From Octopus sinensis (Eukaryota), in assembly GCF_006345805.1 (NCBI RefSeq), contig NW_021823737.1, positions 1 to 21,453 of the forward strand: a stretch of DNA of 21,453 nt, in the 5' to 3' direction. Under the pieces are notes generated by a model. It worked only from the letters and a program-made list of their open reading frames with translations, searched no databases and had not been told where the DNA came from. Both the position numbers and the translations under genes were made by a program. How positions within the stretch are numbered: the first letter of the stretch is position 1; the number at the start of each line of letters is the position of its first letter. Of the stretch, positions 1-10,314 are shown one piece after another.

Positions 1-121
1 ATATATATATATACATTATATATATATATATATATATTACATTATATATATATATATATATATAAATTGTATCTATATATATATATATATATATACATAT
101 ATATATAATATATATATACAT

Positions 122-152
<31 letters not shown>

Positions 153-196
153 ATATATATATATATATATAATATAGAATATATATAAATATACAC

Positions 197-225
<29 letters not shown>
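1..225. repeat. Degenerate (TA)n microsatellite ending in (CA)n
   Basis: Read directly from the sequence; interrupted TA dinucleotide run. Confidence 0.95.
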
Positions 226-227
<2 letters not shown>

Positions 228-384
228 TTATTATACTATGAGCCTTCCATAGTAGAAACGTACCATAATAGGACGAGGAGAGTTAGATCAGAGAGTAAAG
301 CACTAGAGTGAGTTCCTAGTTTTGATTCTGGCATTCTGAGATAAACTGTGGGCGCGAAGTTGTTATTGGGCTAAGTTCACTTCA

Positions 385-515
385 CAAGTACATGGCTTCA
401 TGTGTTGACCCCGTTGAGCATCACGTTGAGAAAGTGTCATCTTTTACTGTAAACTTTAGGAAAACTTAAGCCTTGTGAATAAAGTCTGGAAAATGGAAAT
501 TGGCTCGAAAACCCA
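385..515 (+). mobile_element. Highly decayed family-A (CORE-like) SINE 5' part
   Basis: 'acatggcttc...cccc gttgagcatcacgttgagaaagtgtcatcttttactgta...aagccttgtga...ggaaatt...gaaaaccc' aligns colinearly with the better-preserved copies at 1150 and 3797. Confidence 0.5.
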
Positions 516-658
516 AAGCCAGGATAGCATTTCTCTTTCCAGGTGGTAGAATTTGTTCATGTCCCTCTGAATTTTTAAGTGTCCTGTCTGTTAGGAAAAT
601 TAATTCGGTGGAATCAAATTATTGACACTGAGAGATACCAGTAATTATGGTGGTAGTG

Positions 659-874
659 AAAGCGGTGAACTGGCAGAATCGTTAGCGAGCCAGTCACAAG
701 GCTCAAAGGCGTTTCATCCGTCTTTATGTTCTGAGTTCAAATTCTGCCAAGGCCGACTTTGCCTTTCATGCTTTTGAGGTCAATAAAACAGGCACCAGTT
801 GAATAATGGGGTTGATATAATCGACTTACCCACACCTCCGAACTTTCTGGTCCTGTGCCAAAGTTTTTAACTAA
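659..874 (+). mobile_element. Family-B tRNA-derived SINE, older variant with an alternative tail
   Basis: Head 'aaagcggtgaactggcagaatcgttagc...gagttcaaattctgccaaggccgactttgcctttcat' matches copies at 17296 and 19964. Flanked by a 12-bp TSD taattatggtgg (642-653 and 875-886). Confidence 0.85.
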
Positions 875-1149
875 TAATTATGGTGGGAATAGTGGCAGTA
901 GCAGCTTCTTCATCATTATCCTCCTTCGTTTTTGGAGATGGTTGGACTCTACATCATAGACAGGCAGCTTTTCTTAAAGGAAGCATCAGTTGCTGCGGAT
1001 GCAGCCATGAGCTTGTTGCTGGTTGAAGCATTCCAGTCAATCGTGTGCTCGAGCTATTCAAAATAATAAACGATTTATTCTCATATCTATAAATTGAGTT
1101 CTTCATTTACAGGTTTTATTTTTTGGACGAAATTTTATAAAATAGATAC

Positions 1150-1565
1150 GCGCAGGCATGGTTGTGTGGTAAGAAGCTTGTTTCCTAACCACATGGTTCC
1201 GGTTTCAGTCCCACTGCATGGCACATTAGGCAAGTGTCTTCTGTTGTGGCCTCAGGCTGACCAAGGCCTTGAGAGTGGATTTGGTAGACGGAAACTGAAA
1301 GAAGCCCGTCGTATATATGTGTGTGTGTGTGTGTGTGCGCGCGTTTTTGTGTCTGTGTTTATGCCTCCATCACCGCTTGACAACCGGTGGTGGTGTGTTT
1401 ATGTACCCATAACTTAGCGCTTCAGCAAAAAAAACAAAAAAAAACGATAGAATAAGTACCAGACGTTAAAAAAATAAGCCTTGGGGTCGATTTGTTTGAC
1501 TAAAAGGTGGTGCTCCAGCATGACCGCAGTCACATGACTGAGACAAGTAAAAGAATCAATGAATG
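1150..1565 (+). mobile_element. Family-A tRNA-derived SINE with CORE-like body, internal (TA/TG)n and 3' tail
   Basis: Head gcgcaggcatggttgtgtggtaag; B-box-like ggtttcagtccc; 'ttaggcaagtgtcttct' resembles the CORE motif; tail ...ccagcatgaccgcagtcacatgactgagacaagtaaaaga. Near-identical organisation at 3797-4225 and 9457-9872. Confidence 0.9.
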
Positions 1566-1586
1566 AATACATACATATATATATAT

Positions 1587-1890
1587 CACCGTGACCGACC
1601 AGGCTATCAGATGTTGCTACACATCGCTGGTCACAATGCGCTTCGCATTGTTTTAGCCTTCAAATGACGCCACCCCGCTGGGTAAGCGAGCAGGCCAACA
1701 GAAGAAAGAGTGAGAGAAAGTTGTGGCGAAAAAATACAGCAGGGATCATCACCACCCCTGCCGGAGCCTCATGGAGCTTTTAGGTGTTTTCGCTCAATAA
1801 ACACTCACAACGCCCGGCCTGGGAATCGAAACCGCGATCCTACGACCGCGAATCCGCTGCTCTAACCACTAGGCCATTGCGCCTCCCCAC
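1587..1890 (-). mobile_element. Family-C tRNA-derived SINE, tail type 1
   Basis: Minus strand starts ggaggcgcaatggcctagtggttagagcagcgg (A box) ...ggtttcgattccc (B box); tail ...gtagcaacatctgatagcctggtcggtcacggtga. Second copy at 5711-5993. Confidence 0.9.
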
Positions 1891-1898
1891 ACACCCAC

Positions 1899-2018
<120 letters not shown>

Positions 2019-2503
2019 AAACGTATGTAAACACGTATAATCATTCATATATGCCTCCACCAAGCGCATACTCCCACTCATACAAATCCCCCACACACAC
2101 ACACATACACCCCACCCCCACGTAGTGTGGAACCGAAGGTCTCTGCGATAAGCGTTGTCCTAGACGATGTAATGTTCTCTAGAATATGGCAGTTAAGGGA
2201 GCGCCTGTATGGGATTCGATCATCACTAATCGATATGTTATCAATATTTCGCTATGTTGGTAGCTAAGTAATTAGCCCTGGAAACTAATTTGTTGTTATT
2301 CACTAAATCAACATGGATTAGATTAGCATATTGCCATAGCAGTTCAGTTGAAATTTCACTTCACAAACTAGGCTTTGGTTCAATCTCACTGCCAGGTTCT
2401 TGCAGATAAATGTCCCTCTTGTCTATCAGGCATTTAGCAGCTATCTCCTGTTCATTGATAGCGAAGGCATCTTCTTGAAGGTAAGTCTTGATGTACCTAT
2501 TGC

Positions 2504-2881
2504 TTCTTCTTTAGCACTCCGTCGGTTACGACGATGAGGGTCCCAGCTGATACGATCTACGGAACAGCTTGGTCGTGGAATTAACGTGCAAGTGGCTGAG
2601 CATTCCACAGACACGTGTACCCTTAACGTAGTTCTCGGGGATATTCAGCGTGACACAGAGTGTGACAAGGCTGGCCCTTTGAAATACAGGTACAACAGAA
2701 ACAGGAAGTAAGAGTGAGAGAAAGAGTACAGCAGGGATCACCACCATCCCCTGCCGGAGCCTCGTGGAGCTTTTAGGTGTTTCCGCTCAATAAACACTCA
2801 CAATGCCCGGTCTGGGAATCGAAACCGCGATCCTACGACCGCGAGTCCGCTGCCCTAACCACTAGGCCATTGCGCCTCCAC
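2504..2881 (-). mobile_element. Family-C SINE, tail type 2
   Basis: Same tRNA-like head as 1587-1890 but an unrelated 3' part (...agctgggaccctcatcgtcgtaaccgacggagtgctaaagaagaa). Perfect 11-bp TSD gtacctattgc (2493-2503 and 2882-2892). Confidence 0.92.
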
Positions 2882-2962
2882 GTACCTATTGCAGGTCTGG
2901 AGAGGCTATTCTTCCTGTCAATGCTGCTGCTGCCCTCTAGCTTATGGGATACGTACCCGCTC

Positions 2963-3185
2963 GGCAGAAACGTTAGCACGCCGGGTGAAATGCGTAGCGT
3001 ATTTCGTCTGCCGTTACGTTCTGAGTTCAAATTCCGCCGAGGTCGACTTTGCCTTTCATCCTTTCGGGGGTCGATAAATTAAGTACCAGTTACGCACTGG
3101 GGTCGATGTAATCGACTTAATCCGTTTATCTGTCCTTGTTAGTCTCCTCTGTGTTTAGCTCCTTGTGGGTAGTAAAGAAATAGAT
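2963..3185 (+). mobile_element. Family-B SINE, slightly 5'-truncated
   Basis: ggcagaaacgttagcacgccgg...gagttcaaattccgccgaggtcgactttgcc...ttgtgggtagtaaagaaatag; highly similar to 17296-17524 and 19964-20195. Confidence 0.92.
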
Positions 3186-3796
3186 ATGATGAGTACTTCT
3201 CACCGAAGCTTCAGCATAGATAGGTCAGTCCAGCTTTCTTTGGGTCATGTGAGACAGCTGTACTCTCAGGGTACCTGCTCAGGAGTCCTTCCCCTATTCT
3301 AAAGATGTTCTTTTACTTTTGAATATGCATGGAATGTACACAGTTCTTTCTTTACTGTTCAGTGGGTGTTGTCTGAGCGATACGATGCAACATTCAAAGG
3401 CTGTTTGCACTGACTTAATACATTTACCGCTACACGCAGATACCATTGGTTTCGCTGTTAATGCAGAAGTTGCCACTCGTGGCCAGTATCTTTCTGGTTT
3501 CGATGTCCAGAGTGCACATTTCGTCAAGTGTCCAGTCTCACACCCTACATGCTGGTACTAGTAGTAGCATTGCAAAAGAATTAATTAAGCGATATGGTTT
3601 TATTGAATGCACACAGCTCTGAGTTCTATAATTTCCGAAGCCTGATGAAGAAATTTTGTTTGTTTCTCTGGCTTTACTGACACCATCAACGCAGGTAACG
3701 TTTTCATCAATTCTAAGACACTTATAGTATTCTTCATTGGAGATGAGGAAACAGACGAGCCATATTCTCAGTCTCGTTGACAAACTTCATTCCTAT

Positions 3797-3960
3797 GCGC
3801 AGGGGTGACTGTGTGGTAAGTAGCTTGCTTACCAACCACATGGTTCCGGGTTCAGTCCCACAGTGTGGAACCTTGGGCAAGTGTCTTCTACTATAGCCTC
3901 GGGCTGACCAAAGCCTTGTGAGTGGATTTGGTAGACGGAAACTGAAAGAAGCCCGTCGTA

Positions 3961-3997
<37 letters not shown>

Positions 3998-4225
3998 ATG
4001 TGCGTGTATGTTTGTGTGTCTATGTTTGTCCCCCAAGCATTGCTTGACAACCGATACTGATGTGTTTATGTCCCCGTAACTCAGCGGTTCGGTAAAAGAG
4101 ACCGATAGAATAAGTACTGGGCTTACAAAAGAATAAGTCCCGGGGTCGAGTGGCTCGACTAAAGGCGGTGCTCCAGCATGGCCGCAGTCAAATGACTGAA
4201 ACAAGTAAAAGAGTAGAGAGAGAGT
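3797..4225 (+). mobile_element. Family-A SINE (full length) inserted between RT motifs 5 and 6 of fossil E
   Basis: gcgcaggggtgactgtgtggtaagtagc...ggttcagtccc...ccttgggcaagtgtcttctactatagcc...aaacaagtaaaagagtagagagagagta. Confidence 0.93.
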
Positions 4226-4433
4226 ATGTCTCCCGAGAATGTTGTCACCAATTCTAATTGTCCATTTGTTCATTTTAACAGAATATAAATCAATAACAAA
4301 ATATGCCTGAGTAAAATTAGTTGAATTCATTTTTGCATATCCCAAAATGTAGCTTTAGCATTTCATCCATAGAACTGACAACGGGTTCGCTGCCAGTACA
4401 AAGAATATTACACATAAAATATCACCCTGGTGT

Positions 4434-4560
4434 ATAGTAAATCCGTTGGTAACCTAATTGTGGTTGTAACAATAGGTATTGCACTAGTAGCTATTAGTGA
4501 TAACTGTGTGGATCATGTTGTGATCTCTCTATGATATTAGTTATAGCCACTGGAACTTAG
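4434..4560 (+). repeat. 127-bp direct repeat, left copy (TSD of the SINE at 4565-4870)
   Basis: Aligns without gaps to 4871-4997 with 6 substitutions by manual count. Confidence 0.93.
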
Positions 4561-4564
4561 TAAA

Positions 4565-4870
4565 GGCACATGGCCTAGTGGTTAGAGCAGCGGAATCGCG
4601 GTCGAGGGATCGCGGGTTCGAATCTCAGACTGGGCGATGTGTGTGTGTTTATGAGCGAAAACACCTAAGCTCCACGCGGCTCCGGCCGAAGGTAATGGCG
4701 AAACTTCTGCTGACTCTTTCGCCACAACTTTCTCTCACTCTTTCCTCCTGCATCTTGCAGCTCACCTGCGACGGACTGGCGTCCCGTCCAGGTGGGGAAC
4801 CTATATGCCAAGAAACCGGGAAACCGGTCCTTATAAGCCAGGCATGGCTCGAGAAGGAACAAACAAAAAA
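4565..4870 (+). mobile_element. Family-C SINE, tail type 3
   Basis: A box tggcctagtgg (4571-4581), B box ggttcgaatc (4615-4624). Shared body up to ...ctttctctcactcttt, then a third distinct tail (cctgcgacggactggcgtcccgtccagg...ggctcgagaaggaacaaacaaaaaaa). Confidence 0.92.
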
Positions 4871-4997
4871 ATAGTAAACCCGTTGGTAACCTAATTGTGG
4901 TTGTAACAATAGGTATTGCATTAGTAGCTGTTAGTGATAACTGTGTGGACCATGTTGTGATCTCTCTATGATATTAGCTATAGCCACTGGTACTTAG
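4871..4997 (+). repeat. 127-bp direct repeat, right copy
   Basis: Partner of 4434-4560; starts immediately after the SINE A-rich tail. Confidence 0.93.
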
Positions 4998-5462
4998 GCA
5001 AGATGTAGTAATTCTATCATCCACGAGGGACGCACAAAGTCGAACGGCTTCTTAGAGTCTAGCCATAATGTTAAGAGATTACAACGATGCTGTTGGATTT
5101 CCTTGAGGACGGCTTTGTAAATAAGGAACTATTTCGTGTTTGCAGAATTTGTTCGTCCCGCCAATTCATGTCATCTGAAACCTCTAAAATGATTGCTTTT
5201 CCACCAGGTAACTGTTGTATCCAAAATGCCGTATACTGAATGCTGAGTAACTGACGCAAACGCCCTGTCTTCTCCACCACATGGGACATACACAGTGAAA
5301 GAAGTGAGGCCACTAAAAAATTTAAAACACCCATGTGATCTGAAGTAACTAACAGGGTGTTAAGCAGTCTTACTTAGAATATATGATGTAAACGTGTTCT
5401 ACGTCCACGAAACTTTAAGTAAAGGGGAGTTCAATCAAACCTTTCATATATATATATATATA

Positions 5463-5693
5463 TTTATTTCTCTATTACCCACAAGGGGCTAAACATAAAG
5501 GGGACAAACAAGGACAGACAAACGGATTAAGCCGATTACATCGACCCCAGTGCGAAACTGGTACTTTATTTATCGACCCCGGAAGGATGAAAGGCAAAGT
5601 CGACCTCGGCGGAATTTGAACTCACAACGTAACGACAGACGAAATACCACAAAGCATTTCGCCCGGCGTGCTAACGTTTCTGCCAGCTCGCCT
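5463..5693 (-). mobile_element. Family-B SINE in a (TA)n tract
   Basis: Reverse complement of the 17296-17524 consensus; flanked by (TA)n on both sides. Confidence 0.92.
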
Positions 5694-5710
5694 ATATATA
5701 TATATATATA

Positions 5711-5993
5711 TCACCGTGACCGACCAGGCTATCAGATGTTGCTACACATCGCTGGTCACAATGCGCTTTGCATTGTTTTAGCCTTCAAGTGACGCCACCC
5801 CGCTGGCTAAGCGAGCAGGCCAACAGAAGAAAGAGTGAGAGAAAGTTGTGGCGAAAGAGTACAGCAGGGATCGCCACCACCCCCTGCAGGAGCCTCGTGG
5901 AGCTTTAGGTGTTTTCGCTCAATAAACACTCACAACGCCTGGTCTGGGAATCGAAACCGCGAGTCCGTTTCCACTGGGCCATTGCGCCTCCAC
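5711..5993 (-). mobile_element. Family-C SINE, tail type 1, with deletions in the tRNA-like head
   Basis: Colinear with 1587-1890; lacks 'tcctacgaccgcga' between two accgcga repeats. Confidence 0.92.
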
Positions 5994-6267
5994 ACACACA
6001 CACACATATATATATATATAAATAATCATTATTGAGGTGGCTGTTTGCAATTTACAATCGCAAGGCAACGAGCATAGTCGTCGCACTAAAGTGACAGAGA
6101 GTACTAGGGAGTACTGACATTGCTAGAAATAACAGTCAAAACAGCTCTTAGCCACGCGAGAGCACTTTTCTAACGGTTGACAAGGGAGACAAGCTTCCCA
6201 CCTATGCCGAGCGAGGTGGAGTTATATCAGCGCTGATTTCAGATTTGATTAATCCCCATCAGTGATC

Positions 6268-6560
6268 CATATATATGTGTGTATGTGTGTGTGTATGTGT
6301 GTGTGTGTGCGCGCGTCTATGTGTATGTATGCATGTATATAACAGAAAACTAACTATAACCTAGGACCTTCGTGTTAATGACATATGTGTACGTGTGTAC
6401 GTGCACGTGCGTACGCGTGTGTACTTCTTTCTGTGTGTCTGCCTCACCTGTTCTTCTCTCTTTCCTATTCTATTCTTTTCACAAGCGCGCGCGCACAGAC
6501 ACACATATACGCCCCCCCCCCTCACACACATACTCGCACAAACACGCTCACACACACACA
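6268..6560. repeat. Mixed (TG)n/(CA)n/(CG)n low-complexity region
   Basis: Read directly. Confidence 0.85.
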
Positions 6561-7423
6561 TTTCTGGATTGTTCGGTTTGACTAAGGAAGCAAAATTTGA
6601 AAGTGAAACGCCATCGAAACTCATCCGCGATGAAACAAAGAAAGAAGACAGGAAAGAAAAATGAAAAGAAAGAAGGAAATCAGGTCGTCAACGCAGAAGA
6701 TCAGAAATTCACTGAACAGACGATCTTGTTTTATTCATGAGTTTTCATGAACGTATCATGTGACGGAGTAATTATCTCTGATGGTCGGACGAGATGGACG
6801 TTTGTGATGGCTTTTAGGATTAGACAGAAATTAGATTGTTGTTAGGAAAGCTGTGGAGATGGACTGGAAGATGGAAAGGTTGGGTATAGGTGTAAGGAAT
6901 GGACGCATAAAAATCTGTAAAGTTCGGAGGTTTGAAGCTATTTTAGCGAACAAAAAATGAAGGGAATTATAAACAGGTGTAATGCCGTGGTTGTAAGAAA
7001 ACCAAAGATTGACATGAACCTCTCAGGCACCTAACCCCTCCCAATATTTATCTTGGACTTCGTCAAAATGTAATCGACTCTCGAGACTAGGAATGATGGA
7101 AACTACGTGGAAACTTTGTATGCTAGAAATAACCCCCTTCACCAAATTTAGCATTTTATAATATTTAGCTTCCACGATCCACTTTACTATTGTATAAGAC
7201 TATAGAACGGTGTGTGTATGTGTATGTAAATGGTATAATATCAGGGAATAGAACGATATATATACATATATGTGTGTGTGTGTATATATAATTATATATA
7301 AAATCCACATAATTAGACAAAAAAACAATTTATTACATCTTTAATGACCAGTTACAGTAGTTTTGGTTTCACCAAAATTGGCCTCACACAAATTTATGTT
7401 TTCAAAAATATGCATTCCAGAAA

Positions 7424-7558
7424 TTTTGGATTTCATAAAATCCGGATTTCCATTTTAGTACAAATTCGGTTTTCGAACCCCGGATTTCGAACCTTGGAAT
7501 ATCATAAAATCTGTCTTCTATCAATTCGGTGTTCAACCTTGGATTTCGAACCTGGGAC
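7424..7558. repeat. Imperfect ~65-70 bp tandem duplication with ggatttc(gaacc/ataaaatc) sub-repeats
   Basis: 'tcataaaatc...aattcggt.ttc..aacc..ggatttcgaacct.gga' occurs twice (~7428-7498 and ~7496-7557). Confidence 0.65.
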
Positions 7559-8244
7559 CTATACATAATTAAATCTAATGTCAAAGCAACTATTTAAACT
7601 AAAAGTCCACGACACAAAACGGCTGCCAGACTACATCAATAATTATAGTTAAAATTAAATAGTCAAACAAAAAGCTAGTTTGCTTTAAATTCACAAAAAA
7701 CTGCTTCAAACATGCTGAGTAACCATTAGACAAAATTTACAGTAAGAGATTTTTTTTTGTACTCACCTAGATGTGACACAGAAATTATTTTAAATCTGAC
7801 AAAAGTTCTGGTGAATTCCTGGAGCATAAAATAAATCCATAAATGCCTAACACAAAGCACAAAGTGCATAAACTAAACGGGTAAGTCATAACTTGTAGAA
7901 TAAAATTGAACAACTTTGTCTCGCAGAATAAACAGTCAAAAAAAAAAACTGGGCGGGTAAAATTATCTCTATTTATAAAGTTTGCCAGGGTCCAGCCAAT
8001 TTGTCATAGATTCACAGTTTTGGCTAATAACTATAGCGTCCCCCATTTTTACAATGTACTTCGCCCTTACAGTGCAGCATAAAAACTGCTTTCCTGTTTA
8101 CTTCACATAATAATTTAGAATTTCCTAACAGCATCGACGGAGATTTCTCTTCTCTTTTTAATCATTTAAATCCTTCCTCTGAAGAAGGAGCTGCTCTTTC
8201 ATTGAAATGTAGATAATGAAAACAATATCACATTTTAAACTTTC

Positions 8245-10259
8245 GAACCTAGATCCAAGGCTCCTTCGTTGGAACTGCAACAACATCAATAGAGTATTTT
8301 CGTATGTGTATGTGTATGTATGTATATGTGCAAATTTGTATGTTTTGTTTCATGTATGTATTCTCATGCATATAGCTACATATCCAGACATGCTCATATA
8401 TACTTAAATGATAAACTTCTGGAAAATTTTACAGATTTTTACAGTTCCAGTGATGGATTGGATCTGTAGCCTTTCTATTTTCTGTCTTTGAGAAGCCTAA
8501 TTTATCAAGTGTGGTATTTAGGCAGTGCGTTACATACCTCAGGGACACCAATAATTACAGGTATAAACCTGAACTTGTAATCTGGATAGAGTAACTTCAG
8601 ATTTCTCAACAGTTCAGCATAGGCATTTTCTTTTCCGCTGATGTTAACATCCTCTGGGCAGCTGAGTTCCACAACTGTGCACAGTTTTTCTTCTCTATCC
8701 CAAATCATTATGTCAGGTCTATTGTGTTTACATTTTATTGAAGTCTTCACTGGGAAATTCCACCAGTACTCCTTTCTTATAACTGTGGGTTTCTTATTTC
8801 TTTGTCCTTGTGGTTACCCTTCCGACAGATCTGGTTATACAGTATCATTGCGATAATAGCATATTTCATCGGTAGATTACCTTGATGACATTTTCGGACA
8901 CTGCTTATGATGTGGGTGATATCTTCGGTGTTAACTCCACAAAGTCTGCATCGGTTGTCACATTTTGCTGTTTTTCCTGCATTTCTGTCCCTTTTGTACA
9001 TCAGGTATTTGGTTGATATTTCCTGTTCCTGGATTTCAAACGGATACTCTTCAAAGTTGGAAGTAGTAATCCGATTACTGGTCCATAATAGACTGCTTTG
9101 ATGATCAATATTACTATAATCACAGAGTTTTCTACTAAAATATCTGTGAATGGTCCTCTGCTGATATACACTCATCCTTTCATCTGATGACATGTTGTGG
9201 TAAAGCCGTGCGACTCCTTTGGGCATGAATTTAAGGTTATCATATAAGGAATGCTGCTCAAGGAGCTGCTTCCCAAGTCTTATGATGTTATCAGTCTCAT
9301 GTATGTAAACTTTCTCAAGGGATGCACTTCGACACTTGGCGGTTAAAAGGTGTTGCCGAAGGAATATGACACGACATTCAAAGGCAGTCCGGATCGATGT
9401 TAAGTGCCTCTGCCGCCTTGTTTCCGTTTTAGGTAGAGGCAGTCTACATCACTATTCATACTCCCTTTACTCTCTTTTACTTGTTTCAGTCATTTGACTG
9501 CGGCCATGCTGGAGCACCGCTTTTAGTCGAGTAAATGGACCCCGGGACTTATTCTTTGTAAGCCCAGTACTTATTCTATCGGTCTCTTTTGCCGAACCGC
9601 TAAGTGACGGGGACGTAAACACACCAGCATCGGTTGTCAAGCAATGCTAGGGGGACAAACACAGACACACAAACATATACACACACACTTATACATATAT
9701 ACATATATACGACAGGCTTCTTTCAGTTTCCGTCTACCAAATCCACTCATAAGGCATTGGTCGGCCCGGGGCTATAACAGAAGACACTTGCCCAAGATGC
9801 CACGCAGTGGGACTGAACCCGAAACCATGTGGCTGGTTAGCAAGCTACTTACCACACAGCCACTCCTGCGCCTAGTTATGTGGTAGTTATGTGTGCTGGC
9901 TACGTCACTATTGATGTGGCAGTTACGTGTGCTGGCTAGTATCTTCCGGGTTTTCGCATCAATGGCTTGTTTCTCTTCAAGCGTCCAATGAAGCAGCCCA
10001 AATGTTGTTATGAGTAATGACAAAGCAAACACATTGTGGGCCACTGTTTTACTGAATGCAGAGAGTTCCGAGTGTAAAATTTTCTTTATTCGACTGTAAT
10101 ATTCATTAATGACACGTGTTTTGTTACAGGTGCCATTGTAAGATATGTTTTCATCCATCCCTACATATCTGTAACATTCCTCATCAGATAGATATAGGGG
10201 AAACAGTCAAGTCATTGATGGAGATATTGCTAGTCTGGTTTACAGTTTCCCTCTTTTGC
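8245..10259 (-). pseudogene. R4/Dong-like RLE non-LTR retrotransposon 3' part (copy D): RT end, thumb, CCHC knuckle, RLE, 3' UTR; split by a SINE
   Basis: Minus strand: KRGKL...EECYRYVGMDENISY (RT motif 7), TFGLLHWTLEE..IDAKTRKIL, [SINE], NSDVDCLYLKRKQGGRG, QEQEISTKYL, CRLCGVNTEDITHIISS (CCHC), HNRPDIMIWD...VELSCPED (PD..D/E nuclease), IPVIIG. Several frameshifts. The 3' boundary is approximate. Confidence 0.88.
9457..9872 (-). mobile_element. Family-A SINE (full length) inserted in LINE copy D
   Basis: Minus head ggcgcaggagtggctgtgtggtaagtagc; tail aaacaagtaaaagagtaaagggagtatg. 13-bp TSD ctac(a/g)tcactatt at 9444-9456 and 9900-9912. Confidence 0.93.
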
Positions 10260-10314
10260 ATGTATGTATGTATGTATGTATGTATGTATGTATGTATGTA
10301 TGTATGTATGTATA
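10260..10314. repeat. (ATGT)13ATA, left flank of the RTE fragment
   Basis: Counted directly. Confidence 0.95.

Larger units (their letters stand above)
2380..5330 (-). pseudogene. Old R4/Dong-like non-LTR retrotransposon RT fossil (copy E), interrupted by four SINEs
   Basis: Manual minus-strand translation with stops and frameshifts gives motifs in RT order: FLIYKAVLKE..WLDSKKPFD (~5040-5120), A*VPVAIANIIE/TWSTQL (in the 127-bp repeat), HQGDILCVIFFVLAANPLS (~4380-4435), YFVIDL (~4290, decayed YxDD), IGMKF (~3790), EEYYKCLRIDEN (~3700-3735), DWTLDEMCTLDIETRKIL (~3485-3540), and FAINEQEIAAKCL (~2430-2465). The last three match copy D (8245-10259). End points are approximate. Confidence 0.8.

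Noticed and set aside
3734-4345. 203-aa minus ORF, the longest in the track
   Set aside because: Chance read-through: decayed RT motif 5, then an antisense family-A SINE including (TA)n, then RT motif 6. It is not a gene.
4565-4640. Possible tRNA gene (good A and B boxes)
   Set aside because: No complete cloverleaf or acceptor stem, and it continues into SINE body and tail.
6560-7000. Purine-rich segment with a short charged frame (LTKEAKFESETPSKLIRDETKKEDRKEK)
   Set aside because: Composition-driven, with no recognisable domain or convincing splice sites.
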